A stretch of DNA of 62,854 nt, filler included, from 3 parts of 3 records of this genome joined end to end with filler, not necessarily neighbours in it; one strand, 5' to 3'. Positions 10,793 to 20,342 are shown, numbered from the whole stretch's first letter. The notes: generated by a model from the sequence alone, not told the origin. Program-made: numbers and translations.

Positions 10793-11995
10793 TCAGTTAG
10801 ACTCTTCCTTGTTTAAGTCATGTGCAGAAGTACGAACAATAATGGCGTTTATTTGGTCGTTTTCTACGTACCATGCTTTGGTCGTTCTCGCCTCTTCTGA
10901 GGTGTTTGCTCTCAATATCACTCGGTAGTATTTCTTGTAAGGTGAGATAATTGGCTCATAAGCGGACGGAGATAGGTTATTGATGAACGCCTGAGCATTT
11001 TTCTTACTTGAGAATGTTGCGAGCTGTACCAACCAATTGGCTGTGCTTGGTATGACGTTGGTGGTTTGTGAGGCTTCTACCGCATCGGCTTTACTCGCGT
11101 GACGAGGTGGGCTCTCCAAGTCGTTATCTTGGCTGATGAAGACGATGTCTTTGATTTCACCAGACAAAACGTAACGTTGGCTAAAGTTCGGTAAGAAGGT
11201 GAAATCTCGTGCTCGTTGCTCATGGGTCTTGGTGTACCAAAATTCCGTTAAGCCAATACTGGTCGCTATCAGGCAAAAGAAAAACAAACTGGTAATGAAG
11301 TAACGCTTACGTCTGGTTGGTTTTCTAACTTCAGGTAGCTTTACTTTAGTGCGGCAGTGAACGCCGCTGGCGGTACGATATTGGCTAATGGTTTGTTCTA
11401 ACTGATGAACGAACGCTTTTAACTGTTCAGCGCCGCCTTCACGGTATTGGCCTTTGAATCCAATATTGATGAATAAGTAGATGATCTCCAGAAGATCGAT
11501 CAGCTTGTGTGGTTGTCTTGCGGCTTTTTCTGCGACAGAGAAGAACAGTTCGCCACCGTTACGCATACCAAAAAGTTCACTTAGTAGGGTTTTGTTTTCC
11601 CAGCCTCGTTTCTCTCCCCATTCGGTGTATATGATGAACTCATCAATCACCACGGCGTACAAAAAGCAGAGCTTGTCGATAACGGCTATAGGGTAGGTAA
11701 GCTCAGTCGCTTGAGCCTTTATGTCGTTAATACCTTGAATAAACTGCTCTCGGAAAACGGTTAAATCTTCCGGTTCAGACAGTGTCGATATCTTAAGTGT
11801 TTTAGTCAGCAAATCACTACTGATGTTGATCAGCTGATTCTCTGCCTTATCAAAGTGACGCAGAAACTCTTCTTGGGTGCTGGTGGAGTGTACCGCCACC
11901 AATTTAGAAAAAGCCTGGTCAGACTCTGTATTGGCAGAGCCTTTTGACGCTTTATCGATGACCAGTGTTTCTTCGTCTAAATAATCCATAGCCAT
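10793..11995 (-). CDS. tssL: T6SS TssL/DotU with C-terminal SPOR domain
   Basis: DotU motifs (YAVVIDEFI, GGELFF, LEIIYLFINIGFKGQY), one TM, then SPOR-like WLVQLATFSSKKNAQ...YYRV. TAATG coupling with tssK. Confidence 0.92.
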   Translation of the reverse strand: MAMDYLDEETLVIDKASKGSANTESDQAFSKLVAVHSTSTQEEFLRHFDKAENQLINISSDLLTKTLKISTLSEPEDLTVFREQFIQGINDIKAQATELTYPIAVIDKLCFLYAVVIDEFIIYTEWGEKRGWENKTLLSELFGMRNGGELFFSVAEKAARQPHKLIDLLEIIYLFINIGFKGQYREGGAEQLKAFVHQLEQTISQYRTASGVHCRTKVKLPEVRKPTRRKRYFITSLFFFCLIATSIGLTEFWYTKTHEQRARDFTFLPNFSQRYVLSGEIKDIVFISQDNDLESPPRHASKADAVEASQTTNVIPSTANWLVQLATFSSKKNAQAFINNLSPSAYEPIISPYKKYYRVILRANTSEEARTTKAWYVENDQINAIIVRTSAHDLNKEESN

Positions 11996-13326
11996 TATCT
12001 CAACGCGTATAGAACGACTTCGAGAGCAGGTATGCGAGCATCGACGTGCAGCGCAATCGCATCACGAGTATCAAGCATATCGAGCCAGTTTCTGTCTTTG
12101 GTATCGACCTCAAAATACGCGACGCCTTGCATCGGCTTCAGCTCACTTGGCGCGATAGGCAGTGGCGTTAACGAGATACCAGACAGCGAGCTTCGAACGA
12201 GTTCTACAATCTTGTTGTTACTGCTGAGCTTAGCGGAAATAGGGAACAGTTCATTTAGCTCTGTACTGCTGATGTCGGATTTAACACTCAAAACGAAACG
12301 GCGGTTATAAACGCTGCTTGGATCTTTGATTAGCGTGCGAAGTAGGCGACGTTTTTCAAATAGTGAGATATCCCACTTGAACTCAATAACCGAATCTTGT
12401 TGAACGAGTGTCAGTAAGTTTCTTAGGCTTGAGAATAGCGGGTTAAAGTTGTCGTAAAGCTTGTCATATTTTAATGGCTGACACTCATCAGGAATCGCCG
12501 GTGTTAACGCCATGACTTGAGCTTCAAACTGTTTCAATTTTGAATACAGTTCATGCGTCGGGTATTTGGTGTTGCTGATGGTTAATTCAAACCACGGTAG
12601 CCAAGTGTTGAGCGTTTGAAGCCACAAGAAGTCTTGCATCATAGACTGAGGACTTTTCTGTCCTTGGCCAGCTTCGATACGTTTGAGAAGGTTTTGAGCT
12701 CGATTACTGACCAGCGCATGAATTTCTTTGACTCGTTCGCTAAGGAGAGTTGAGGCACCGTAATGTAAGCAAGCTGGAATGAAGGCTCTATCAAGCATCA
12801 CTTCATCAGAGTCACTGATTTCTAAGATCTTAGCGACGGGAATTAGGGTGAATCCAGAAGTGTCTTCTCCCGCGAATTTTAGGCCGATATTAAGCTGAGC
12901 AACATCAACTTCGACACTGGCGTTTTCAGAAGTTGAGGTATCGAATACGTTGATTGAACGGGTGATGTAGCGGCTCTGTTCTTGACCGTCTTCACTGTAG
13001 TCATTGTTGCCTTGCAAAGAGATTGGCAGAGCAAGATAAACAATGGTTTCAATCGTACCCTGCGGAATGTCGACGACGATTTCTTGCTTGAGATTAAACT
13101 GGGTTCCATCAGGGAACACGCCGGAACAACTCGGGATCGATAACTTACCGATCTTTAATAGATCGTGGTTCAGCACTAATTCGGTGATGCCAAAGAAAGG
13201 GGCAAAACCAGCCAGTGTTTCGATGTTCTGGCGAATGTAGTTTTGCACATAGCGATCTTGCTGCTGAAAGTGCTGAGGCGCAATAAACATCCCTTCTTGC
13301 CACACTACTTTTTTGAAAGCGTCCAC
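11995..13326 (-). CDS. tssK: T6SS baseplate protein TssK
   Basis: KVVWQEGMFIAPQHFQQQDRY N-terminal signature. GTG start at 13326 with upstream AAAGGA. Confidence 0.95.
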   Translation of the reverse strand: MDAFKKVVWQEGMFIAPQHFQQQDRYVQNYIRQNIETLAGFAPFFGITELVLNHDLLKIGKLSIPSCSGVFPDGTQFNLKQEIVVDIPQGTIETIVYLALPISLQGNNDYSEDGQEQSRYITRSINVFDTSTSENASVEVDVAQLNIGLKFAGEDTSGFTLIPVAKILEISDSDEVMLDRAFIPACLHYGASTLLSERVKEIHALVSNRAQNLLKRIEAGQGQKSPQSMMQDFLWLQTLNTWLPWFELTISNTKYPTHELYSKLKQFEAQVMALTPAIPDECQPLKYDKLYDNFNPLFSSLRNLLTLVQQDSVIEFKWDISLFEKRRLLRTLIKDPSSVYNRRFVLSVKSDISSTELNELFPISAKLSSNNKIVELVRSSLSGISLTPLPIAPSELKPMQGVAYFEVDTKDRNWLDMLDTRDAIALHVDARIPALEVVLYALR

Positions 13327-13367
13327 GTAAAATCCTTTTCTATTATTTTTATATATTGGCTTTTTTA

Positions 13368-13856
13368 TTAAAAGATTTGCCACCAGCTCGAGTCAGGCTG
13401 TATCACGGCCAACTCTGCTTTCTTCCCTGTAATTGTTAACTCTAATGTCTGTTCTGGGTCGGAAGGCATCATCAAAACGGTTTTGGTCGTGCCGTTCTGG
13501 TAATCCGCGAATTCGACCAGTGCTGCAATGTACTGAGTGTTCTTATTGATATCTAACGTCAGTTTTTGTTCTGAGCTCGGAAGTACAATGGGTAATACCT
13601 GTTTTGAAACTAGGTTTGCTGCCAGTAACTGCAAGTCATTGTTGTATAAGTCAATAAACGGAAGTTGTTTGAACAGTTGTTGATCCGTCAATTGGTAAAG
13701 CCTAACCACAACAGGATTGGCTTGGTCGTCATTGTATTGGTTGACTGTCGCATCCGCTTTAACGGTCAACGAGTATTGAGTGACCACAGGAGCTGGGTCC
13801 GATGAAGAACATGCTGCGATCAGTAAACAAAGCGATAAGAGTATGAGGCGTTTCAT
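13368..13856 (-). CDS. tssJ: T6SS lipoprotein TssJ
   Basis: Lipobox LIAAC, NPVVVRLYQL motif, position between the FHA gene and tssK. Confidence 0.93.
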   Translation of the reverse strand: MKRLILLSLCLLIAACSSSDPAPVVTQYSLTVKADATVNQYNDDQANPVVVRLYQLTDQQLFKQLPFIDLYNNDLQLLAANLVSKQVLPIVLPSSEQKLTLDINKNTQYIAALVEFADYQNGTTKTVLMMPSDPEQTLELTITGKKAELAVIQPDSSWWQIF

Positions 13857-14803
13857 TCTCTCTCCTCATTTTGCTTTTGCATGTTCTCCATAAACAGCGC
13901 TTTGAACTGACGTCTGAAATCTCCGTTGTCTTGGCGGTGTTGGAAGTGCTTTCTGTAGATCTTCCAATACTTCTTATCTTTATTGGTAAAAATGCCGCTA
14001 CTTACGTACTCACTAAACTGGTTCTCAAGTTGCTTTGGTGCAAATTCATTGAGGAACTGATCAACCGTCTGTTCTAACGCGTCGAACAGTGCTTTTTGTT
14101 GTAGCTGTGGATTCTGTAAGTATTGTTGGTTTTTCTCGGTTAACGTAATGAGCTTGTCGATCGACTCTTCTATACGCGTATTGTTATCAACATTAACCGG
14201 TAAGTACTCTAGTTCAGCTGAAGAGAGGGCGTTGCTATCGCCATGAGCAATTTCGTCTACTTCAATGTTGGGTATCACTTTGTCTTCGTCTAAATCTTCA
14301 AAAGGGTCAGACGAGAAGGGGTCGTCACTCAATACATTCTTCGAAGAGAAATTTGAGGCTTTTTTAACGGTTGCGACTTCTGGTGCGTCATCTAAAAAGT
14401 CTGTGTCGCTGCCGTCCAGTTTTAAGTTGAAAGGTTCTATAAAAGTTTCATCCTGTGTGGTGGTGTTGGCCGCGCTCACTTTTGGGTCACTTAGTAGGCT
14501 CACTAACAGTGTGTAACCACCCAGTTTGATGATGTCACCATCGGTAATGACGTACTCTTTCTCTTTTGCCAGTGATTTGTCGTTCAACGAAACGCCGTTG
14601 TTACTGATGTCTTTAATCACGTAACCACGGTCAGTGGGGTAGAGTTGGCAGTGAGTTCGAGAGATCCATTTGGTTTGATCGGGTAGCGCAATATCACATG
14701 ATGGGGAACGACCTAAGCTTCCGCCACTTTCTGGCAGATACGACACTCTAGAGGAAACAACCTCTTCAGCAGGTACAGAAATCATGTGGACACTGATGGA
14801 CAA
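13853..14803 (-). CDS. tagH: T6SS FHA-domain protein (TagH/Fha-like)
   Basis: FHA motifs LGRSPSCD, ISRTH, SNNGVSLN, GDIIKLGGY; acidic linker; TagH-like C-terminus (F..KQLE..F, YWKIY). Confidence 0.85.
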   Translation of the reverse strand: MSISVHMISVPAEEVVSSRVSYLPESGGSLGRSPSCDIALPDQTKWISRTHCQLYPTDRGYVIKDISNNGVSLNDKSLAKEKEYVITDGDIIKLGGYTLLVSLLSDPKVSAANTTTQDETFIEPFNLKLDGSDTDFLDDAPEVATVKKASNFSSKNVLSDDPFSSDPFEDLDEDKVIPNIEVDEIAHGDSNALSSAELEYLPVNVDNNTRIEESIDKLITLTEKNQQYLQNPQLQQKALFDALEQTVDQFLNEFAPKQLENQFSEYVSSGIFTNKDKKYWKIYRKHFQHRQDNGDFRRQFKALFMENMQKQNEERE

Positions 14804-14806
14804 TGG

Positions 14807-15535
14807 CTACTCCTTGCACTTGGATATGGCTGAGTTAAAACTATCTAGGAAACCTGAGTAGGTTTTAAGGAATCGATTCGAAAAATAGACCCCCATATCC
14901 TTGGTATCTAAATTCGTCGAATTGAAGTAATCGAGTGGTAAAGAGGCTTTATCTAATTCTCTTTTAAAGACCAACTCATCCTCTAAAACAACATCAATTT
15001 CCCTTTGTTTTAAAAGTCTTAGTAATACTTTAGCATCTCGTGGCTGCTTAACGACGTTAAATCCATTACGTTTTAGCCAAAACCATTTGTTTGAGCCAAA
15101 TTTGGCAGAAAAGTTGAGGTTTAACTTTGACAATTCATCAACCTTCGGCTCCACTCCTGGGCCAAAATACCAATTCAAAGTTTGCTTCGCGATAGGCGCA
15201 GAGAGCGTTGCGTATTCATCTCGTTCTGAGGTTTTGGTTGCCACGAAGAAACCGTGTTGGCTGCCGCTATGAACACGCAATTGCGCATCAGACCAAGTGG
15301 TCATCGTCAGCTGGTAAGGTTGTCCCATCATACCTAAGGCGCATTTTACCTTGTCTAAGGCGATTCCTTGCATTGAGGCATTTTCATAGGTTTGGTACGG
15401 CGGCCAATCTTGCGTAGTCAGCATTAGACGAGATGGCCCAATTTTGACTTGAGCAGAGGCACTCACCGACCAAAGTGTCGAGATGAGTAGGGTGACTAAA
15501 GATAGTCTGATGGTAGAGGCTCTAGTTAACATCAT
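14807..15535 (-). CDS. Periplasmic substrate-binding-domain protein (family 3-like), T6SS accessory (VtsD-like)
   Basis: Signal peptide (ASA-Q), DWPPY motif, LKQREIDVVL, GVYFS; lies in the T6SS operon. Confidence 0.8.
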   Translation of the reverse strand: MMLTRASTIRLSLVTLLISTLWSVSASAQVKIGPSRLMLTTQDWPPYQTYENASMQGIALDKVKCALGMMGQPYQLTMTTWSDAQLRVHSGSQHGFFVATKTSERDEYATLSAPIAKQTLNWYFGPGVEPKVDELSKLNLNFSAKFGSNKWFWLKRNGFNVVKQPRDAKVLLRLLKQREIDVVLEDELVFKRELDKASLPLDYFNSTNLDTKDMGVYFSNRFLKTYSGFLDSFNSAISKCKE

Positions 15536-16520
15536 TAGAGTGTCCTATCACTTCAGAGATCTTCAATATTGACACTGGCGGGTAATAGTCGAGCTTATGT
15601 GCGGCCTCGATATTAACAATATAGGAATATTGGCTCAGTGACTCTATCGGAATGTCTGAAGCTTTTTGAGTTCCTTTCAATATGTTCTTCGCTTTGTATC
15701 CAGCAAATTGACCAACATTGTAGTAACGGCTGACAATACCAAATAAGGCCTTATGGTTTCTTATTGGGCTTTCGGTGGCCGAGAATGTGGGGATACCTTT
15801 CGAATGTAGCCCTGATACGACTTCCCCTCCTTGGGTGATGATGTATGAATCAGGTGGTAAATAAGCCATATCGACACCATCACGTTTCATATTGTTTATC
15901 GTGAGGTTAATTAAGTTGCTGTTTGACTTACTTTTATCAATGTTTAATGGGTACAACATAACACGCTTATTATAAATTTCCGATAACTCCATCATTTTAT
16001 TTGCGGTGATAATCGAATTATTTTCGTCAGCGTTATATATAACCCCAAGGCTTGAAATGCTATTGAGCTTTTCTATCGCTTTAAACTGTATTTCATGGGG
16101 TACGATATGCGATACACCAGTAAAGTTTCTCTCTTTTGATGATAAATCAGCAATCAACTTTGAACCTACAGGGTCGGTAACAATGCTGAATACAACAGGC
16201 GTCGAGTTATTCAGTCTAAATTCGCTAGGGTCAGTATAAGTCCCTAATAAATTTAAGGTGATAGTGGTGCCGAATGAATAAATGAGATCAGCATCTTTAT
16301 ATTCTAAATCCCTAATATGTTGTTTGAGCTGTGCTTTATCTCTATTGGCATCAAGAATCGTAAATCTTACATCGGCGTGTTGGGATAAATAATCCATGAA
16401 GCCTTGTTCTGCATCGGTTACCCCTCGCCATAATAAAAGAATGATGTGTTTTTCATCGCTTTTAGCGAACGAGAATGGGGTCATTAAAATAAAGCTAAGA
16501 ACGAACACTATAAATCTCAT
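15522..16520 (-). CDS. ABC-type substrate-binding protein, T6SS accessory (VtsC-like)
   Basis: Signal peptide (SFA-K), PVVFSIVTDPVGSKL, LGVIYNADENNS, YNVGQFAG...ASDIPIE motifs. Confidence 0.85.
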   Translation of the reverse strand: MRFIVFVLSFILMTPFSFAKSDEKHIILLLWRGVTDAEQGFMDYLSQHADVRFTILDANRDKAQLKQHIRDLEYKDADLIYSFGTTITLNLLGTYTDPSEFRLNNSTPVVFSIVTDPVGSKLIADLSSKERNFTGVSHIVPHEIQFKAIEKLNSISSLGVIYNADENNSIITANKMMELSEIYNKRVMLYPLNIDKSKSNSNLINLTINNMKRDGVDMAYLPPDSYIITQGGEVVSGLHSKGIPTFSATESPIRNHKALFGIVSRYYNVGQFAGYKAKNILKGTQKASDIPIESLSQYSYIVNIEAAHKLDYYPPVSILKISEVIGHSNDVN

Positions 16521-17749
16521 GATTGAACTCCTAGCTTTTGTTTATCCGACTTCAGAAATATTGAGAAAAACACAATTAAGCTAAAGGAACTTGCGAGTAG
16601 CGATGCACCGAATATAAGAATGGTTTGGTCGTAACCAAAGATGCTCAAACACACCCCGGCTAGCATTGGACCTGCGATATTACCGATGCGCTCAGTCAGT
16701 CTGAAAATACCGATGATTTTTCCTTTCTCGATTCCTTGACCGGAAAGCAGGTCGATAACCAAAGGTATTTGTGGAGAAACACAAATACCGTGGGCAATAC
16801 CAATGATTATCACGATCAGCAGTAACCCCAATGTACCTTGGAAGAAATAAAAATTAAGTAAGGCGAGGGATGAAAGTAGTCCACCAATAAAGATAAAGGC
16901 CATTTTGTTTTTGAGTTTATCGACCAGAATGGCACTCAATGGCGAAATTAATATGATAGCGAGACCGTAAGCCATAATCACACGTCCAGAAACAGAGCTG
17001 CTTTCGCCAAGGAATTGCAGGTATACAGGGCAGATGTAGTAAAGGAATCCTGTGAGGACGATCTTCGCTGGTATCGCGCTGAATATCGTGATCAAGGCAA
17101 AATACTTATTGCTCAACAGCAGCTTAAAGTCTTTTAACTTAACAGGCTTGCTTGAATTACTGGTGTTCGATTTTTCGAAAAACACATACACGAGTAACAC
17201 ACTGAGTGTTGCCAATAATCCCGCAAGCATAAACGTTTCTGAATAGCCCAATTTTTCAGCGAGAATCCCACCAATCGCGGCACCACATAACGAACCAGAG
17301 AAGAAGGCTGACAAGAAAGTTGCCATACCTTTGGTGCGGTTAGTGTCGTTAGTCGTATCGGACACATAGCCTTGTGCCGAAATGAAAACGATGCCGTAGC
17401 CAACAGCGGTAAAAGCGCGAGCAACGAGTAACAGTTCAAGAGACTGAATGAAAGCCGTCGCGACTAAGCCGATACAGGTGATGAGTCCACCCGTCATTAG
17501 TGAATGTCTTCTGCCTACTTTATCTGACCAATAACCCGCAAACGGTAGCGAGATAGCCCAACACAGCATGAATAGGGAAATGGGTAGGCTAGTGACAAGG
17601 TTTTCAGGAATCCAGCCGGTGGTGTTTTCCAGCGAAGAGACAAATCTGGGAAAAAACGCTAGCGAAGACGCTTCTGAGAACACCAATAAAAACAGTGGCA
17701 AGCGAATGAATCGAAAGTCTTGTTTGTCGATATCTTGCGATGGCTGACT
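16517..17749 (-). CDS. MFS transporter, 5'-truncated by contig end (VtsB-like)
   Basis: About 12 TM segments with MFS motif A (GYWSDKVGRR). The frame stays open to the contig edge. Confidence 0.88.
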   Translation of the reverse strand, partial: SQPSQDIDKQDFRFIRLPLFLLVFSEASSLAFFPRFVSSLENTTGWIPENLVTSLPISLFMLCWAISLPFAGYWSDKVGRRHSLMTGGLITCIGLVATAFIQSLELLLVARAFTAVGYGIVFISAQGYVSDTTNDTNRTKGMATFLSAFFSGSLCGAAIGGILAEKLGYSETFMLAGLLATLSVLLVYVFFEKSNTSNSSKPVKLKDFKLLLSNKYFALITIFSAIPAKIVLTGFLYYICPVYLQFLGESSSVSGRVIMAYGLAIILISPLSAILVDKLKNKMAFIFIGGLLSSLALLNFYFFQGTLGLLLIVIIIGIAHGICVSPQIPLVIDLLSGQGIEKGKIIGIFRLTERIGNIAGPMLAGVCLSIFGYDQTILIFGASLLASSFSLIVFFSIFLKSDKQKLGVQS

Positions 17750-17750
17750 T

Positions 17751-17850
17751 NNNNNNNNNNNNNNNNNNNNNNNNNNNNNNNNNNNNNNNNNNNNTTAATT
17801 AATTAANNNNNNNNNNNNNNNNNNNNNNNNNNNNNNNNNNNNNNNNNNNN
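17751..17850. other. Artificial contig spacer
   Basis: 44 N + TTAATTAATTAA (stops in all six frames) + 44 N. Confidence 0.98.
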
Positions 17851-17851
17851 A

Positions 17852-18274
17852 ACCACACATCTGGTCACGCTTTTTGTGATTGTAATTTTCGGTGGGATGA
17901 CGCTGGTTTTTCGGGACGATACCTTTATTAAATGGAAGCCTTCGATCGTTAACTGGATCTTTGCCGTCATTGTCATCGGCAGTCATTTTATTGGTAACAA
18001 AACGGTTCTCGAGAGATTGCTGGGCACGCAGTTGAGCATGCCTGGGGCAATCTGGAACAAAGTTAATTTCTCATGGGGAATCTTTTTTCTGATCAGTGGG
18101 CTGCTCAATATGTATGTCGCGTTTTATTACAGACCCGAACTTCCCGAAGCAGTACGAACCGATTTTTGGGTCAACTTTAAAGTGTTTGGCTTACTCGGGC
18201 TCACGCTTGCTTTTAGTGTGATCCAGATGATGTTAATTGCGAAACACATCACGACTAAAGGCTCCGAGAACTAA
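17852..18274 (+). CDS. ispZ: Inner membrane septation protein YciB/IspZ (5'-partial)
   Basis: FGGMTLVFRDDTFIKWKPSIVNW and WVNFKVFG signatures; frame open from the contig start. Confidence 0.93.
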   Translation, partial: TTHLVTLFVIVIFGGMTLVFRDDTFIKWKPSIVNWIFAVIVIGSHFIGNKTVLERLLGTQLSMPGAIWNKVNFSWGIFFLISGLLNMYVAFYYRPELPEAVRTDFWVNFKVFGLLGLTLAFSVIQMMLIAKHITTKGSEN

Positions 18275-18540
18275 TGTCAGTAAAAGACCAAATTCATCAA
18301 CGACTCATGGAAACCCTGGGCGCTGAATCCGTCGAAATTGAAGACCAAAGTCATCTCCATGCGGGTCATGCAGGAGCGGCATCGGGTGGCGGACACTATG
18401 ACGTGATCGTAATCTCCAGCGCATTTAACGATCTGAACACCCTCGGCAGACATCGTCTGATTTACAGCGCAGTTGATGATCTGATGAAAAAAGAGATTCA
18501 TGCGCTCAGCATTCAGGCATTCAGTCCAGACGAGGTTTAA
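18274..18540 (+). CDS. bolA: BolA family protein
   Basis: DQSHLHAGH, GGHY, RHRLIY, IHALSI motifs; TAATG coupling with ispZ. Confidence 0.93.
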   Translation: MSVKDQIHQRLMETLGAESVEIEDQSHLHAGHAGAASGGGHYDVIVISSAFNDLNTLGRHRLIYSAVDDLMKKEIHALSIQAFSPDEV

Positions 18541-18554
18541 CGAGAGGCGACGCT

Positions 18555-19265
18555 ATGGCAACCCCTGCTCAATCGGCTCGGTATTTCCTGTACTGGCTCG
18601 CTTTTTTTGGCCTTTTACTGTTTGCTTTCACGCTCTTTGTTTGGTTCGGCGGTTTAGCACTTTTCACCGAACAAGACTCGAGCCGGCTCTCGCTTGTGAT
18701 TCTGGTTGGCCTCCTGGTCGCCTCTCTTCACGCGGGCTATCGCGCTTACAAAATCGATGACGAAATTAATCAGGCCCGAGTCATCGCGATCAGTCATACA
18801 CCCCATGAGCGCACCGATCGGTCGTCGATTGCGTCGGAATATCGTTTGTTGATTGACAAGGCGGTTTCAAATGGCCGAGAACCCACTGATTCTGCAAATC
18901 TCGGCGTCTATCTTGAGAAACGCGTGCACGAGGGGCATGCCAACGGATGGTTCATCGCCGACCTCATGATCAAGCTCGGATTGCTCGGCACCGTTATCGG
19001 ATTTATCTTTATGCTGAGTTCGGTGGCCCAACTCGAAACAACAGACCTGAACGCAGCTAAACTAATGCTGACTCAGATGAGTGGGGGAATGAGAATCGCG
19101 TTGTTCACAACGCTTGCCGGCTTATCGAGCGGTCTCATCTTGGGCGCGCAATATCAGCTTTTGGATCACGGCGCCGACCGACTCTTTGGCATTATCGTGA
19201 GCACTACCGAGACCGAAGAAATTCGCACATCTCAATCAAACCCCGCGTTTACCCGAACGGAGTGA
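18555..19265 (+). CDS. MotA/TolQ/ExbB proton-channel family protein (4 TM)
   Basis: LGLLGTVIGF and ALFTTLAGL channel-helix signatures plus two N-terminal TMs. Confidence 0.88.
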   Translation: MATPAQSARYFLYWLAFFGLLLFAFTLFVWFGGLALFTEQDSSRLSLVILVGLLVASLHAGYRAYKIDDEINQARVIAISHTPHERTDRSSIASEYRLLIDKAVSNGREPTDSANLGVYLEKRVHEGHANGWFIADLMIKLGLLGTVIGFIFMLSSVAQLETTDLNAAKLMLTQMSGGMRIALFTTLAGLSSGLILGAQYQLLDHGADRLFGIIVSTTETEEIRTSQSNPAFTRTE

Positions 19266-19269
19266 TCTG

Positions 19270-19881
19270 ATGCGTCCTCGCGGCGGTGGTTATCGCACTG
19301 ATCCCTTTGTGGATCTCCTGTTCAACGCGCTACTCGGATTCACGCTTCTTTTTTTCGTTTCCCTGGTTTATTTCAATCCTGAGGCCCGCCAAGGCAAAGT
19401 GAACCTAAAGGCGGAATATATTATCTCTGTTACATGGCCAGAGCATCGTACTGACGATATCGATCTGTGGGTTCGCGATCCTTTAGGCGAGGTGGTCTCC
19501 TACCTACGCAAGGATGCGGGCTGGCTGCACCTTGATCGGGACGATCAGGGCGCGATAAACGATACCGTCATTATTGAGGGCGAGAAGATTATCTACCCGA
19601 TTAATCAGGAGCTTGTCACATTGAGGGGGCTTGTCGATGGCGAGTACACCGTCAATCTTTATTATTATGAGAAACGGGAGCTTGAGCCGATTACCGTTCT
19701 TGTGAAAATCGAGCGCATTAATCCTTCTGTGCAAACTGTTTTTGTTCAAAAAGTAATTCTTTCCAAAGAGGACGAAGAGCGCACCATTGTGCGATTTACG
19801 CCCACTCGCGACGGGAAAATTATTAATGTGAATGAGCGCCAGGCGCAACTAACGCCTTATCTGTTGGATCCGCCAGAATGA
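19270..19881 (+). CDS. ExbD/MotB-like single-TM partner with YfaP/DUF2135-like extracytoplasmic domain
   Basis: PFVDLLF TM motif with the conserved Asp; DDIDLWVRDPLGE and HLDRDDQG motifs; GEYTVNLYYY. Confidence 0.75.
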   Translation: MRPRGGGYRTDPFVDLLFNALLGFTLLFFVSLVYFNPEARQGKVNLKAEYIISVTWPEHRTDDIDLWVRDPLGEVVSYLRKDAGWLHLDRDDQGAINDTVIIEGEKIIYPINQELVTLRGLVDGEYTVNLYYYEKRELEPITVLVKIERINPSVQTVFVQKVILSKEDEERTIVRFTPTRDGKIINVNERQAQLTPYLLDPPE

Positions 19882-20342
19882 TAGCAAGTGCATTTCTGCT
19901 CGCGCTATCGTACGCATTCGCGACCTTTTTATTGCTGTTAATCGTGACGCGAGCTCGTCTCTCGATAAAAACCAGAGCAATAACGGTCGTTTTGGGCGCC
20001 GCTTTTTATATTGCTCATTTTCTCTCACTCAGCGGACTGGGCGGCTGGCCCGCAACCTTAACGCTTCCGGCAGAATTTGAATTGCATGCTTTTACCATTG
20101 TTGAGCCCAACTCAACACAGAACGAATCCGGTCATATTTATCTTTGGGTACAGGAAACTGGCGATGCCGAGCCCCGCGCTTATTCACTACCTTATAGCTC
20201 GTCCGTTCATGATGAATTAACAGCATCCAACAAACGGCAACAAGAAGGATACCAACAGAAGGGACGATCAGACGCTAGCGGCACAATAAAGATATCAAAT
20301 GCCAGCCGACGCCTACCCCCAAAAACCGCCTTGGATAACTAA
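19878..20342 (+). CDS. Hypothetical membrane protein (2 TM + small soluble domain)
   Basis: ATGA-coupled to the previous gene; two hydrophobic helices, then GWP, IYLW and EPRAYSLPY motifs. Confidence 0.8.
   Translation: MIASAFLLALSYAFATFLLLLIVTRARLSIKTRAITVVLGAAFYIAHFLSLSGLGGWPATLTLPAEFELHAFTIVEPNSTQNESGHIYLWVQETGDAEPRAYSLPYSSSVHDELTASNKRQQEGYQQKGRSDASGTIKISNASRRLPPKTALDN

Noticed and set aside
13327-13383. N-terminal extension of TssK in the ORF track
   Set aside because: It overlaps tssJ. The family signature and an SD support the GTG at 13326.
17795-17986. ORFs running into the N spacers (also 49597-49785)
   Set aside because: Artefacts of the artificial linker.
18555-19881. Zorya ZorAB or flagellar MotAB call
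   Set aside because: No long ZorA tail, no OmpA-like domain on the B subunit, and no zorC/D/E or flagellar genes nearby.
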